The notes below the pieces were generated by a model, which ran no database searches, was not told the origin of the DNA, and saw only the letters and a program-made list of their open reading frames with translations. From Gammaproteobacteria bacterium (lineage in GTDB: Bacteria > Pseudomonadota > Gammaproteobacteria > Burkholderiales > Rhodocyclaceae): 64,000 nucleotides of DNA. The stretch spans positions 56,588 through 120,587 of the forward strand of contig JAHJPX010000003.1 of NCBI GenBank assembly GCA_018819515.1. The letters run 5' to 3'. The position numbers were made by a program, and so were the translations under genes. This document shows, piece by piece, positions 32,205 to 41,405 of the stretch; position 1 is the first letter of the stretch, and every line of letters begins with the position of its first letter.

Positions 32205-32674
32205 TGCACAACAAGTGGGATCTCGGCGAAGCCGTGCGCGTGACGCGCAACGTGCGCAACGACGGGACTTACCCCGGCGAGGAAACCGGTGCGTTATTGA
32301 TCCGGCGCGGCAGCGTTGGCAACGTCGTCGACGTCGGCACCTTCCTGCAGGACCAGATCATCTACTCGGTGCACTTCCTCGACGACGGCCGCATCGTCGG
32401 CTGCCGCGAGGAGGAACTGATGGGCGCGGAAGAACCCTGGGTACCGAGCGCCTACGAGTTCCGGCAGAAGGTGCGGGCGGCGAAGACGCTGGCCTCGAAT
32501 GGCGAAACCCTCGTCGTGGCGGGCAGCATCGGCGAAGTGCTCAAGGTGCTGCGCGATGCGCCGGGCGGCGTGGCCTATCACGTTCATTTCGAGAGTCTGC
32601 CCGGGCGTCCGCTGCTGGTTTCGGAAGGCGCACTGGCGCCCCTGGTACCTCAAGCGGCGTGTCATGACGGCTGA
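32201..32674 (+). CDS. nifZ: NifZ
   Basis: 157-aa ORF. WDLGEAVRVTRNVRNDGTYPG...VHFLDDGRIVGCREEEL is a NifZ domain, duplicated in the C-terminal half. Confidence 0.85.
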   Translation: MMHNKWDLGEAVRVTRNVRNDGTYPGEETGALLIRRGSVGNVVDVGTFLQDQIIYSVHFLDDGRIVGCREEELMGAEEPWVPSAYEFRQKVRAAKTLASNGETLVVAGSIGEVLKVLRDAPGGVAYHVHFESLPGRPLLVSEGALAPLVPQAACHDG

Positions 32675-32679
32675 CTTTT
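32656..32679 (+). repeat. 24-nt motif copy, degenerate (5 mismatches, 3' half intact)
   Basis: GGCGTGTCATGACGGCTGACTTTT. Contains the nifM ATG (32664) and the nifZ TGA (32672). Confidence 0.6.
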
Positions 32680-33500
32680 CCTACCTGACGCTCAAGCTCG
32701 CCCACGAGCTCTACAGCAAGGTGCCGGACGCGCTTGACGAAACGGAGCGCAAGCGGGTTTCGACCATCGCTGCCCGCCAGCAGGAAATCGAGCAGCGCAT
32801 ACTCGGCAGCGCCAACGCGGCGCTGGTGGTCCTGCCCGAGGCCTCGGTGGAAGCCTGTATCAAGGATATTCGCGACCGCTATCCGGACGGGTCTGAATTC
32901 GAGGCGGATCTGGCACGCACCGGCCTTAGTGTCGAATCGCTACACGCATCGATCGAGCGCGATCTCAAGGTCGAGGCCGTGCTGGAGCAGGTGGCTGCAA
33001 GCGCGGCGCCGGTCAGCGATACCGAGGTCGAAATCTTCTACCTTCAGCATCGTGACCGTTTCGCCAGATCGGAGACGCGTTCGTTGCGCCACATTCTCGT
33101 CACCGTCAACGACGAGGTACCAGGCAGCACGCGCGCGGCCGCGGCGGCAAAGATCGAGGCAATTCGCGAGCGACTCGTCAAGGACATCGGCCGTTTCGGC
33201 GAACAGGCGCTCAAGCACTCCGAGTGCCCGACCGCGATGAACGGCGGGCTGCTCGGCAAGGTGCCGCGCGGCAAGCTCTATACGGAAGTCGAAGCCGCGG
33301 CTTTCGAGCTGGAAGCCGGCGAGCTTTCGGGCGTCGTCGAATCGCCGCTCGGATTTCACGTCGTGCTCTGCGATGCCATCGAGCCGGAAACGCAGGTGCC
33401 GCTCGCGGATGCGCGCGAACGCGTGCGTGAGCATCTAACAACGAACCGCCGCGCCGCCGCGCAGAAAAGCTGGATTGCCGGCTTGTTCCAGTCCGCCTGA
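32664..33500 (+). CDS. nifM: NifM, PpiC-type peptidyl-prolyl isomerase for Fe-protein maturation
   Basis: Internal Met of track ORF 32499..33500. Has a C-terminal parvulin block (LRHILVT...GGLLGKVPRGKLYTEVEAAAF..GFHVVLC) and sits after nifZ. Confidence 0.75.
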   Translation: MTADFSYLTLKLAHELYSKVPDALDETERKRVSTIAARQQEIEQRILGSANAALVVLPEASVEACIKDIRDRYPDGSEFEADLARTGLSVESLHASIERDLKVEAVLEQVAASAAPVSDTEVEIFYLQHRDRFARSETRSLRHILVTVNDEVPGSTRAAAAAKIEAIRERLVKDIGRFGEQALKHSECPTAMNGGLLGKVPRGKLYTEVEAAAFELEAGELSGVVESPLGFHVVLCDAIEPETQVPLADARERVREHLTTNRRAAAQKSWIAGLFQSA

Positions 33501-33965
33501 TCAGGCGGGCGGTTCGGCCGCCTGCCTTGCCTCGGCTTCGCGCACGAAGGCGCCAAGCTTCTGGTCGATTCCCAGTACGTGGTTGCGCAGCCATTCGTTG
33601 AGGTACTTCAGCACGTCCATGCGCGAAACCGGCCGCCCCTCGCGCAGGTGATCACATACGGCCACGACCTGACGCGAGAAGTCGCGATGCTGGGCGATAT
33701 GGGCGCGGGCGACGTCCGGAAACGCGGCCTCGTAGCCGTAGCGCTTCATCAGGCTTTCTTCGGTCTCGAAGTGCATGATCGCGTAGTTGAGAAGATCCTT
33801 GGCGATTTCACCGAGCAACGCGCCCTCGTGATCGCCGAGCAGCCTATCGTTGGCGCGCCGGAGCGTATCGACCAGGTAACGGTGCTGGGCGTCGACTTGC
33901 GGTACTCCGGTTGCCATTTTCTCCGACCATTCGATCGGCGTGAAATTGATATCTACCTGTGACAT
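33501..33965 (-). CDS. Bacteriohemerythrin
   Basis: Internal Met of track ORF 33501..34310. W.EKMATGVPQVDAQHRYL, HFETEE, HIAQHRDF and WLRNHVLGID are hemerythrin His/Glu/Asp ligand motifs. It overlaps the upstream stop by 13 nt. Confidence 0.85.
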   Translation of the reverse strand: MSQVDINFTPIEWSEKMATGVPQVDAQHRYLVDTLRRANDRLLGDHEGALLGEIAKDLLNYAIMHFETEESLMKRYGYEAAFPDVARAHIAQHRDFSRQVVAVCDHLREGRPVSRMDVLKYLNEWLRNHVLGIDQKLGAFVREAEARQAAEPPA

Positions 33966-36900
33966 ATGCCTGCTCCCCGAGACTTGAAGTCGGCGAACCA
34001 TTTCTGGAATGTGGCTGCCGGCATGGGATGTCCCAGACCATAGCCCTGGACGACGTTGCAGCCGAGATCGACGAGGTGACGTACATGCCGGTCGGATTCG
34101 ACGCCCTCGGCGACCACGCGCAGTCCGAATGCCCGTCCCAGGCCGATCACACCGACGACGATGGCCTCGTCTTCCGGATCGTCGAGCATGTCGCGTACGA
34201 AAGACTGGTCGATCTTCAGTTCTTCTACACTCAGGCGCCGCAGATAGATCAGCGATGAATAGCCGGTGCCGAAATCGTCCAGGGAAAAGCCGATGCCCAT
34301 TTCCAGACATTCCTTGATGACGCTCTCGATCGGGTCGAGTTCCTCCAGCGCCGAGGTCTCGACGATTTCCATCAGCAGGCGGTGATTGGGCATGTCGGGC
34401 CAGTGCAAGCTGATTGCATCGCGCAAATCATCGATAAAGGTCGGGTACTTGAGGTGGCGCGGGAAGAGGTTGATGCTGATCGGCAGGGCGATGCCCATTT
34501 CGTTCCAGAGCCGCGCCTGGCGCACCGCCTGTTCCATCACCCAGCGGCCCATGCGCAAGGCCAGGTTGTCGTCCTCGATCAACGGCAGGAATTCCTTGGG
34601 GCGAAGCAGACCAAGAACAGGATCGTTCCAGCGAACCAACGCCTCGACGCCGATGACGACTCCGCCGACGCAGTCCACCTTCGGCTGGTAGTGGAGCTCG
34701 AAAAGACCCGCATCGAGGGCGCGTTCGGCCTTGGCCAGGAACTCGACGCGCGAGGTGATCTGGCGTTCCAGGCGCGAATCGAACAACTGGTAGCGATTCT
34801 TGCCAAGCTGCTTCGCCGAATACATGGCATGGTCGGCGTGACGCAGCAGGCTGTCCGCATCCGCGTTGTCGTCCGGATACAGGGTTACGCCAACGCTGGC
34901 GGAAACCGAAATGGGCACGCCGTCCAGCAGCATGGGCGCCGAGACTTCCTCAAGGATGCGATCGAGCGCCTGGTAGCACTCGGCTTCGGCGCCGACGTCG
35001 TTCCACAACAGCACGAACTCGTCGCCACCCAGGCGGGCGACGGTATCGTCGGCGCGCGACATGGATTGCAGCCGCCGGGCAATCTCGACGAGAAGGCGGT
35101 CGCCACCCTCGTGGCCAAACTGGTCGTTGATCGGTTTGAAACCGTCGAGGTCGAGATAGCAAACGGCCAGGTTCTTTCCATGGCGGCGAGTATGGGCGAT
35201 GGCCTGTTCCAGCCGGTCGCCGAGCAGCCGCCGGTTGGGCACTCCGGTGAGTACGTCGTAGTGCGCGATGCGGTCGAGATCCGCCTCGTGCGCCTTGATC
35301 ATGCTGATGTCCGAAAACGCGCCGACGTAATGCCGGAGCCTGCCGCGCTCGTCCCTGACGGCGATGATCGACAACAGCACGGCAAACGCCTCGCCGTTCT
35401 TGCGCCGGTTCCACAGTTCGCCCTGCCAGAGTCCCGTCGCATTGATCGATTGCCACATCCCGGCGTAGAACTCCCGTCCCTGGCGGCCGTCGCCGAGAAA
35501 ACCGGGATCCCGTCCGAGCGCTTCCTCGCGGGTATACCCGGTCAATTGGGTGAAGGCCGGGTTGACGTCGATGATGTGGTTTTCGCGATCGCTGATCAGG
35601 ATGCCTTCCTGGCTGGTGGCGAACACACTGGCCGCAAGGCGCAGACGCTCCTCATTCCGAACCCGGTCGGTGATGTCGCGGGTGATGGCCAGCACCGAAG
35701 TCGCGACCCCGTTCGCGTCGAACTCGGGAACCGCGCGCATCGTTCCCCAATGGAGACCTCCTTGAAGATCGCGATAGGCCAGTTCGCCGGAGCATTCCTG
35801 GCCGCTATCGAGCGCCCGCTGCAGCTTGAGCATATAGTCCGCCGGGTCCACCAGAGGCGACTTGCTGGTCGGCGGCTTGCCGAGCGTTTCAGCCGGCGGG
35901 GTTGTGAATATGCGCTGCAGCGCCGGGTTGACATAAGCCCGGCGCAGCTTGCGGTCGTAGCGCGCGATGAAATCGGGTGAATTCTCCACCAGCGCCCGGA
36001 AGAGCTGTTCGCTGGCGGCAAGGTTTTCCTCAAACTGCTTGCGTTCGGTAGTGTCGACAATCGAGACGAAGATGCGGGCGAAGCTGCTCTCGTAGCCAGG
36101 ACATACGGAGAAATAGACGGTCACCTGCCGTTCGCGCCCGGTCAGCGTGCGCAACACCGTATCCAGGCGCAGTTCGGTAGTGCCGCGCATCAGCGCCACC
36201 AGCAGGTTGCGGAAGGCAGGCAACGTCTCCGGCAGGAAGGACTGAGACAGGTCGTGCCGGAGCGTCTCTTTATCCTCCGCCTCGTGGAACTGCAACGCGG
36301 CGCGATTGACGTCTACGATCTTGACCAGCGAGGAGTACTCGGCCAGCAGTTCCGGGTGCCCGGCGAGGTGGGCGTCGATGTCGTCGCCGACGGTTTCGCG
36401 CAGCGCGTCGAGCCGGCGCTTGACCGCCGAGTAGTCCTCCTCCTGGATGGGCAGCGGAGAGTTCTCGAAAAGGAGCCGGAAGCGCTCCTCGCTTTCGCGC
36501 AGGCTGCGGGTGATCAGGAGGGTGTTCAGGGCATCCGAGACGCGATGGCCGATCGCCTCGAAGAGGTTTGCTTCCTCGTTGGTCCAGATGCGCTCGCGCG
36601 AACACTGGTGTATGCCGAATTGCCAGGGTTGGCCGGTTCTCGGGTGCAACGCCATGGACATGATGGACTTGATACCGAATCGCTCCGAAGCCGACTTGGG
36701 CAGCGGGTGATCCGATTCGGGCCCAAAGACAAGGGGGCCCGGGTGGTCCAGCAAGGCCTGTAGCGTGTCCGCTACGTCCTTGTCCATCGGGATCGGTTGA
36801 TTGAGTGCAAGAACGCCTGGGTACTCCGGACGGGTGCGCTCCATCGGCACGGTCCAGTGGCTGCCGGCGGGATCGCAAGGGTGCAGCAGGAAGGCGCGAT

Positions 36901-38386
36901 CGCAGTCGAATATCGCCAGCACCTCATCGAGCACGTCCATCGTCATTTGCTTGATGTCGGTGCGGCCCTGGATGGAGCGATTGATACGATCCAGGCTTTC
37001 AAGGAAATGCAGGTGTGCCTGCCGTTCCTCCTCCGCCTGCCTGCGTTCCGTGATGTCGTGCGAGATGACCAGCACCGTCGCAACCTGGCCATCGGGACCG
37101 AGTTCCGGCGTGAAGCGCCAACTGGCCCAGCCAATGCGTCCATCAGGGGTTCGGTACGCGCCATCGAGCCTCTGCTCCGCGGCTGTTTCGATCACCCGCC
37201 GGATCGCGGCCATGTAGCTGTCCGGGTCGACGAGAGGCGAACCGCTGGCTGGTGTAACGCCCAATACCTGCTCGACCGGCGCCTCGAACAGCTTGCGAAT
37301 CGCCTGGTTTACATAGATGCGGCGCAGTTCCCGGTCATAGCGGGCGATGGGCTCTGGGGAATTCTCGACCATCGCCCGGAAAAGCTGTTCGCTGGCTGCA
37401 AGCTGTACTTCCGCCTGCTGGTGGGCGGCACGCGCGCGCAGGTTCGTGATGCCGAAGGCCAGGTCGCAGGCGAGTTCATCGAGTAGATGGATCTCCTCCG
37501 GAGTGATTGCGTTGGCTTCTCCGGAATAAATGAGCAGGCCGCCGAGGACATTCTGTCGATCATCCTTCAGCGGGAAGGCGACCCCTGAGCGATAGCCGCG
37601 CGCCAAGGCCCTTTCGCGCCACGGCAGCATGCGCGGATCGGTGGCGATATCCGGGATCTCGACGATGCTGCCTGTCCGGATCGCCGTTCCAATGGGACCG
37701 CGGCCGAGATCTCTGTCCGCCCAGGTCAGCTTGGCGCCTGCGAAGTAGTCTTCGCTCATTCCCGCCCAGGCCACGGGGCGTACCGTCTGCTCGGCGTCGT
37801 GTTCGGCATAGGCGACAAAGGCCACCCGGTAGCCGGCTTCCTCGACGATGATGCGGGTGACTTCGTCGAGCAGCGCCTGCTCGTCCTCGGCCCGCATCAG
37901 TGCCTGGTTGCAGTTGCTGATGGCGCGCAGCTCGCGGTTGAGTTGTTTCTGGATTTCCTCGGCGCGCTTGCGTTCGGTCAGGTCAACGAACGCCGTCACC
38001 GCCCCGTCGCCAAGCATCACGGTGGAGACCTCGACGATGCGCACGTCGCCATTCTTGCAAGTCACCCGGACCTCTACGGGCGGCAGGTCGCCGCCCTCCC
38101 GCATTGCCTTGGCAATGGCCGTGTCCCATGCAAGCTTCAGTTCCTGGCGATAGGCCGGGTCCGGGTAGGCCCGCGGCCACCATTCGTCGAGCGTCGGAAT
38201 GTCGTCCTGGGTATAGCCGAACAGCTCGCTGAAGCGATCGTTGGTCTCGAGCACGGTGAAGTCGGTGGCCGTATGCGAAAGGGCGATTGGCACCTTCTTT
38301 ACAAGAAGGCGGAGGCTGGCTTCGCTCCTGGCCAGCGCCACATCCGCGGCAGTAACGGTGGGCGGACGGACGCTCATGCGCCACAA
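33953..38386 (-). CDS. Multi-PAS / GAF / GGDEF / EAL c-di-GMP signalling protein
   Basis: 1477-aa ORF with several PAS-like repeats, a GAF-like block, an intact RLGGDEFVLL, and EAL blocks (EALVRW, DDFGTGYSSL, KIDQSFV). Confidence 0.9.
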   Translation of the reverse strand: MWRMSVRPPTVTAADVALARSEASLRLLVKKVPIALSHTATDFTVLETNDRFSELFGYTQDDIPTLDEWWPRAYPDPAYRQELKLAWDTAIAKAMREGGDLPPVEVRVTCKNGDVRIVEVSTVMLGDGAVTAFVDLTERKRAEEIQKQLNRELRAISNCNQALMRAEDEQALLDEVTRIIVEEAGYRVAFVAYAEHDAEQTVRPVAWAGMSEDYFAGAKLTWADRDLGRGPIGTAIRTGSIVEIPDIATDPRMLPWRERALARGYRSGVAFPLKDDRQNVLGGLLIYSGEANAITPEEIHLLDELACDLAFGITNLRARAAHQQAEVQLAASEQLFRAMVENSPEPIARYDRELRRIYVNQAIRKLFEAPVEQVLGVTPASGSPLVDPDSYMAAIRRVIETAAEQRLDGAYRTPDGRIGWASWRFTPELGPDGQVATVLVISHDITERRQAEEERQAHLHFLESLDRINRSIQGRTDIKQMTMDVLDEVLAIFDCDRAFLLHPCDPAGSHWTVPMERTRPEYPGVLALNQPIPMDKDVADTLQALLDHPGPLVFGPESDHPLPKSASERFGIKSIMSMALHPRTGQPWQFGIHQCSRERIWTNEEANLFEAIGHRVSDALNTLLITRSLRESEERFRLLFENSPLPIQEEDYSAVKRRLDALRETVGDDIDAHLAGHPELLAEYSSLVKIVDVNRAALQFHEAEDKETLRHDLSQSFLPETLPAFRNLLVALMRGTTELRLDTVLRTLTGRERQVTVYFSVCPGYESSFARIFVSIVDTTERKQFEENLAASEQLFRALVENSPDFIARYDRKLRRAYVNPALQRIFTTPPAETLGKPPTSKSPLVDPADYMLKLQRALDSGQECSGELAYRDLQGGLHWGTMRAVPEFDANGVATSVLAITRDITDRVRNEERLRLAASVFATSQEGILISDRENHIIDVNPAFTQLTGYTREEALGRDPGFLGDGRQGREFYAGMWQSINATGLWQGELWNRRKNGEAFAVLLSIIAVRDERGRLRHYVGAFSDISMIKAHEADLDRIAHYDVLTGVPNRRLLGDRLEQAIAHTRRHGKNLAVCYLDLDGFKPINDQFGHEGGDRLLVEIARRLQSMSRADDTVARLGGDEFVLLWNDVGAEAECYQALDRILEEVSAPMLLDGVPISVSASVGVTLYPDDNADADSLLRHADHAMYSAKQLGKNRYQLFDSRLERQITSRVEFLAKAERALDAGLFELHYQPKVDCVGGVVIGVEALVRWNDPVLGLLRPKEFLPLIEDDNLALRMGRWVMEQAVRQARLWNEMGIALPISINLFPRHLKYPTFIDDLRDAISLHWPDMPNHRLLMEIVETSALEELDPIESVIKECLEMGIGFSLDDFGTGYSSLIYLRRLSVEELKIDQSFVRDMLDDPEDEAIVVGVIGLGRAFGLRVVAEGVESDRHVRHLVDLGCNVVQGYGLGHPMPAATFQKWFADFKSRGAGICHR

Positions 38387-38748
38387 TCCTTGCGGACAGG
38401 ACTGCCCGGCAACGCTTCGTCGACGGCGTGGAATGCCGCGAAGTCCGTTGCGAGAACCACCTTCTCAGGGATTCTGATTGCGTTGGGCACTACCGAGCCC
38501 CTCTCTGTCAGTCAGCGTCGGGTATCTCCCGCCGCCGTTGTTCTATTAGATGTATATTTTGGCACCATAGTACTAAAGTTAAGTTGATAAGTCTCAACTT
38601 TCTTGCAAAATGGATAATGTAGCGCTTCGTTCGCCGGCCGCGCAACAAGGTTTCGCGGCCGCCCGGCGCGGCGTCCGCATTTAGCCATGTCATGACGATG
38701 GGAATTTGGCGGCAGAAGCCCTGCCGTCACGGCATTCCCGGCGAGTCG

Positions 38749-39027
38749 CTACTCGTCGTCCCCGCCGTCGCCATCGCGGCGCGGCACGGTGAGCGGATCG
38801 CAGGTGATGGGGCGATAGATTTCGACGCGGTCGCCGGCGCGTAGCGCGGCTTCCAGTTTCACGACCTTGTTGAAGACGCCGACCTTTTGTGTCTCCAGGT
38901 CGATGGCCGGGAACATCTTGAGGATGCCGGATTTCTCGATGGCATCCTTCACCGTGGCGTCGTCGGGCACCTCGATGTTCATCCAGATCTGCTGGCCGGG
39001 TTCGGAGTAGGCGACGCCGACTTGCAT
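38749..39027 (-). CDS. rnfH: RnfH (UPF0125) protein
   Basis: 92-aa ORF. VEIYRPITCDP is the RnfH C-terminal signature. Directly downstream of rnfE. Confidence 0.8.
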   Translation of the reverse strand: MQVGVAYSEPGQQIWMNIEVPDDATVKDAIEKSGILKMFPAIDLETQKVGVFNKVVKLEAALRAGDRVEIYRPITCDPLTVPRRDGDGGDDE

Positions 39028-39029
39028 GG

Positions 39030-39701
39030 CTACGCTCCCTGTGCGGAAAAGTCAGCCGTGGCGGTACGCCGCGCCATGCGGGCATCGGCGATGCGCTTGG
39101 CGGCGAGCAGGAAGCCGAGCACCAGGAAGCCGCCGGGCGGCAGGATCATCAGCAGCACGCCGCCGTAGTTGGGGATGACGGTGGTTTCGAGGAAGGCGAA
39201 GCTCTGGCCGAGCAGCAGGCTGGCTTGTGAGAACAAGGTGCCGCTGCCCAGCAGTTCGCGCACCAGTCCTATGAGGGTCAGCGCCAGCGTGAAGCCGAGG
39301 CCAGAACCCAAGCCGTCGAGCGCCGAGGCGAGCACGGGCGACCTGGACGCGAAGGACTCAGCGCGGCCGAGGATGGCGCAGTTAACGACGATCAGGGCGA
39401 TGAACAGGCCGAGCACTTTGTAGAGGTCGTGAAACCAGGCATTGAGGCTCATGTCGACCAGCGTGACCAGCGTCGCGATCAGCACCACGAAGACGGGGAT
39501 GCGCACCTGCGGACTGACGAAGTTGCGGATCATCGCGACCAGCACGTTGGAGATCACCAGAACGGTGGTGGAGGCCAGACCCATGCCCAGACCGTTGGTG
39601 CCGCTGGTGGTGACGGCCAGCGTCGGACACAGCGCCAGCATCTGTGCGAAGACGACGTTCTGGCTCCAGATGCCGTCCTTGAAAATCTGGAAGTGGTTCA
39701 T
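39030..39701 (-). CDS. rnfE: Electron transport complex subunit RnfE
   Basis: Internal Met (MNHFQIFKDGIWSQNVVFAQMLALCPTLAVT) of track ORF 39030..39764. The C-terminal tail contains a perfect motif copy. Confidence 0.9.
   Translation of the reverse strand: MNHFQIFKDGIWSQNVVFAQMLALCPTLAVTTSGTNGLGMGLASTTVLVISNVLVAMIRNFVSPQVRIPVFVVLIATLVTLVDMSLNAWFHDLYKVLGLFIALIVVNCAILGRAESFASRSPVLASALDGLGSGLGFTLALTLIGLVRELLGSGTLFSQASLLLGQSFAFLETTVIPNYGGVLLMILPPGGFLVLGFLLAAKRIADARMARRTATADFSAQGA
39047..39070 (-). repeat. 24-nt motif copy, inverted, 0 mismatches
   Basis: The plus strand reads AAAAGTCAGCCGTGGCGGTACGCC. Inside the rnfE 3' end, read as RRTATADFS. Confidence 0.95.
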
Positions 39702-39702
39702 G

Positions 39703-40329
39703 TCAGTCTCCGATGATCTCGTCGCGGTGTGCGGCGAAAAAGTCGAGCCCGCCCTTGACGGCACTGACCACCGCGCGAGGGGTGATGGTGGCGCCGGCGA
39801 ACTGGTCGAAGACGCCGCCGTCCTTCTTTACGGCCCACTTGTCGGCCGGTAGGTTGTCGAGCGACTTGCCGTTGAAATCGAGAATCCAGCTGGTCTTGGC
39901 GATGTCGATCTTGTCGCCCAGGCCAGGCGTTTCCTGGTGCTTGATCACGCGCACACCAAGCAGCGTGCCTTTGGCGTCGACGCCCATCAACACCACTATG
40001 TCGCCGGCGTAGCCGCGCCGCGCCATGCGGAACACCGCGCCGGTGACGGCACCGGCCTTGCGCGCGCGGTAGACCAGCACCGTGGCCGGCGTGTCGCCAC
40101 GGCTGACTTTTACGTCCAGCGTGTCCTTGAGCAGTTCGTTGTCGTAGGAGCCTTCGGGCAGTACCTGCGACAGGGAGGACTGCAGGTCGCGTGCCTCGGC
40201 TTCGGCGATGGCCGGGCCGGTGAGCTTGTTGCCGACCGAGAGCGCGGCGCTGGCGACCAGCGCGACGACGCCGAGCGAAATGGCCTGGTAGCTCAGCTTG
40301 TCACGGACGAATGCAGTATCGAAGCTCAT
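39703..40329 (-). CDS. rnfG: Electron transport complex subunit RnfG (FMN-binding)
   Basis: 208-aa ORF with an N-terminal anchor and the FMN attachment block (ETPGLGDK...DQFAGATITPRAV). Confidence 0.9.
   Translation of the reverse strand: MSFDTAFVRDKLSYQAISLGVVALVASAALSVGNKLTGPAIAEAEARDLQSSLSQVLPEGSYDNELLKDTLDVKVSRGDTPATVLVYRARKAGAVTGAVFRMARRGYAGDIVVLMGVDAKGTLLGVRVIKHQETPGLGDKIDIAKTSWILDFNGKSLDNLPADKWAVKKDGGVFDQFAGATITPRAVVSAVKGGLDFFAAHRDEIIGD
40088..40111 (+). repeat. 24-nt motif copy, 2 mismatches
   Basis: GGCGTGTCGCCACGGCTGACTTTT. Inside rnfG (minus-strand gene), read as KVSRGDTP. Confidence 0.85.
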
Positions 40330-41405
40330 AGCGGCAGCGAAGCTCCCTTGCGGTTGCGGCCGTAGATGCGCGGCTTGACGAGCCTGTCGATGGCGGGTGT
40401 CAGCGTATTCATCAACAGCACGGCGAAGGCGACGCCTTCCGGATAGCCGCCCCAGGTGCGGATCACATAGGTAAGGAAACCGCAGCCGAGGCCGAAGACG
40501 AGTTGGCCGGCGCGCGTGTTGGGCGAGGTGACGTAGTCGGTGGCGATGAAGAAGGCGCCGAGCAGCGCTGCGCCGGAGAGGACGTGCGTGGTTGCGTCGA
40601 GGTAGCGGGCGGGATCGACCGCGTGGCCGATGGCGGCGGGGATGGCGATGCCGGCGAGCATGGCGAGCGGGATGTGCCAGGAGATGATGCCCATGGCGAT
40701 CATGGCGATGCCGCCGGCGGCGATCAGCAGGCCGGCGGTTTCACCCATGCTGCCCGGGCGCGCGCCGGTGAATGAAAGGTATTGGCCAAGGTGGTCGGCA
40801 GAGAGCGACTGCAGGAGGTCGACGCCGCGCGAAAGCTCGGCCTTGGCGTGGCCGAGCAGCGAGGCGGAGGAGATCGCGTCGAGGTTGGGCACGCCGGTGA
40901 GCGTGATCATCAGTCCGTCGAGGAAGCCGGGCGCGCCGGCAGCAGTCAGCGGCAGTGGTGCCACCCAGGCGGTCATCGCTACCGGGAAGGAGATCAGCAG
41001 CGCGACCCGCGCGACCATCGCCGGGTTGAACAGGTTCTGGCCGATGCCGCCGAACACCTGCTTGCCGACGATGGTGGCGAACAGGCCGCCGACTGCGCCC
41101 AGCCACCACGGCGCCCAGGGCGGCAGCGACAGCGCCAGCAGCCAGCCGGTGAGGAGTGCCGAGCCGTCGAGCAGCACGGGCCGCGCCCGCCGGCCGGCGA
41201 GGCGCAGGCTGAAAGCTTCGCCGAGCAGCGCGGCGAAGACGGTGATGAACCAGAGGTGGATGGCCGGCCAGCCGTAGAGCCAGAAGCCGTAGAGCGTGGC
41301 TGGTGCCAGCGCCGCCATCACCTTGAGCATGACAACCGAGACGCCGGCGCCGCCGTGGGCGTGCGGCGAAGCGATGGGGGGTGAGGTGGTGGCGAGCGTG
41401 TTCAT
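40326..41405 (-). CDS. rnfD: Electron transport complex subunit RnfD
   Basis: Internal Met (MNTLATTSPPIASPHAHG...) of track ORF 40326..42404. ATGA overlap with the rnfC stop. Polytopic, with a TGATPL-like GARPGSMGET block. Confidence 0.85.
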   Translation of the reverse strand: MNTLATTSPPIASPHAHGGAGVSVVMLKVMAALAPATLYGFWLYGWPAIHLWFITVFAALLGEAFSLRLAGRRARPVLLDGSALLTGWLLALSLPPWAPWWLGAVGGLFATIVGKQVFGGIGQNLFNPAMVARVALLISFPVAMTAWVAPLPLTAAGAPGFLDGLMITLTGVPNLDAISSASLLGHAKAELSRGVDLLQSLSADHLGQYLSFTGARPGSMGETAGLLIAAGGIAMIAMGIISWHIPLAMLAGIAIPAAIGHAVDPARYLDATTHVLSGAALLGAFFIATDYVTSPNTRAGQLVFGLGCGFLTYVIRTWGGYPEGVAFAVLLMNTLTPAIDRLVKPRIYGRNRKGASLPL

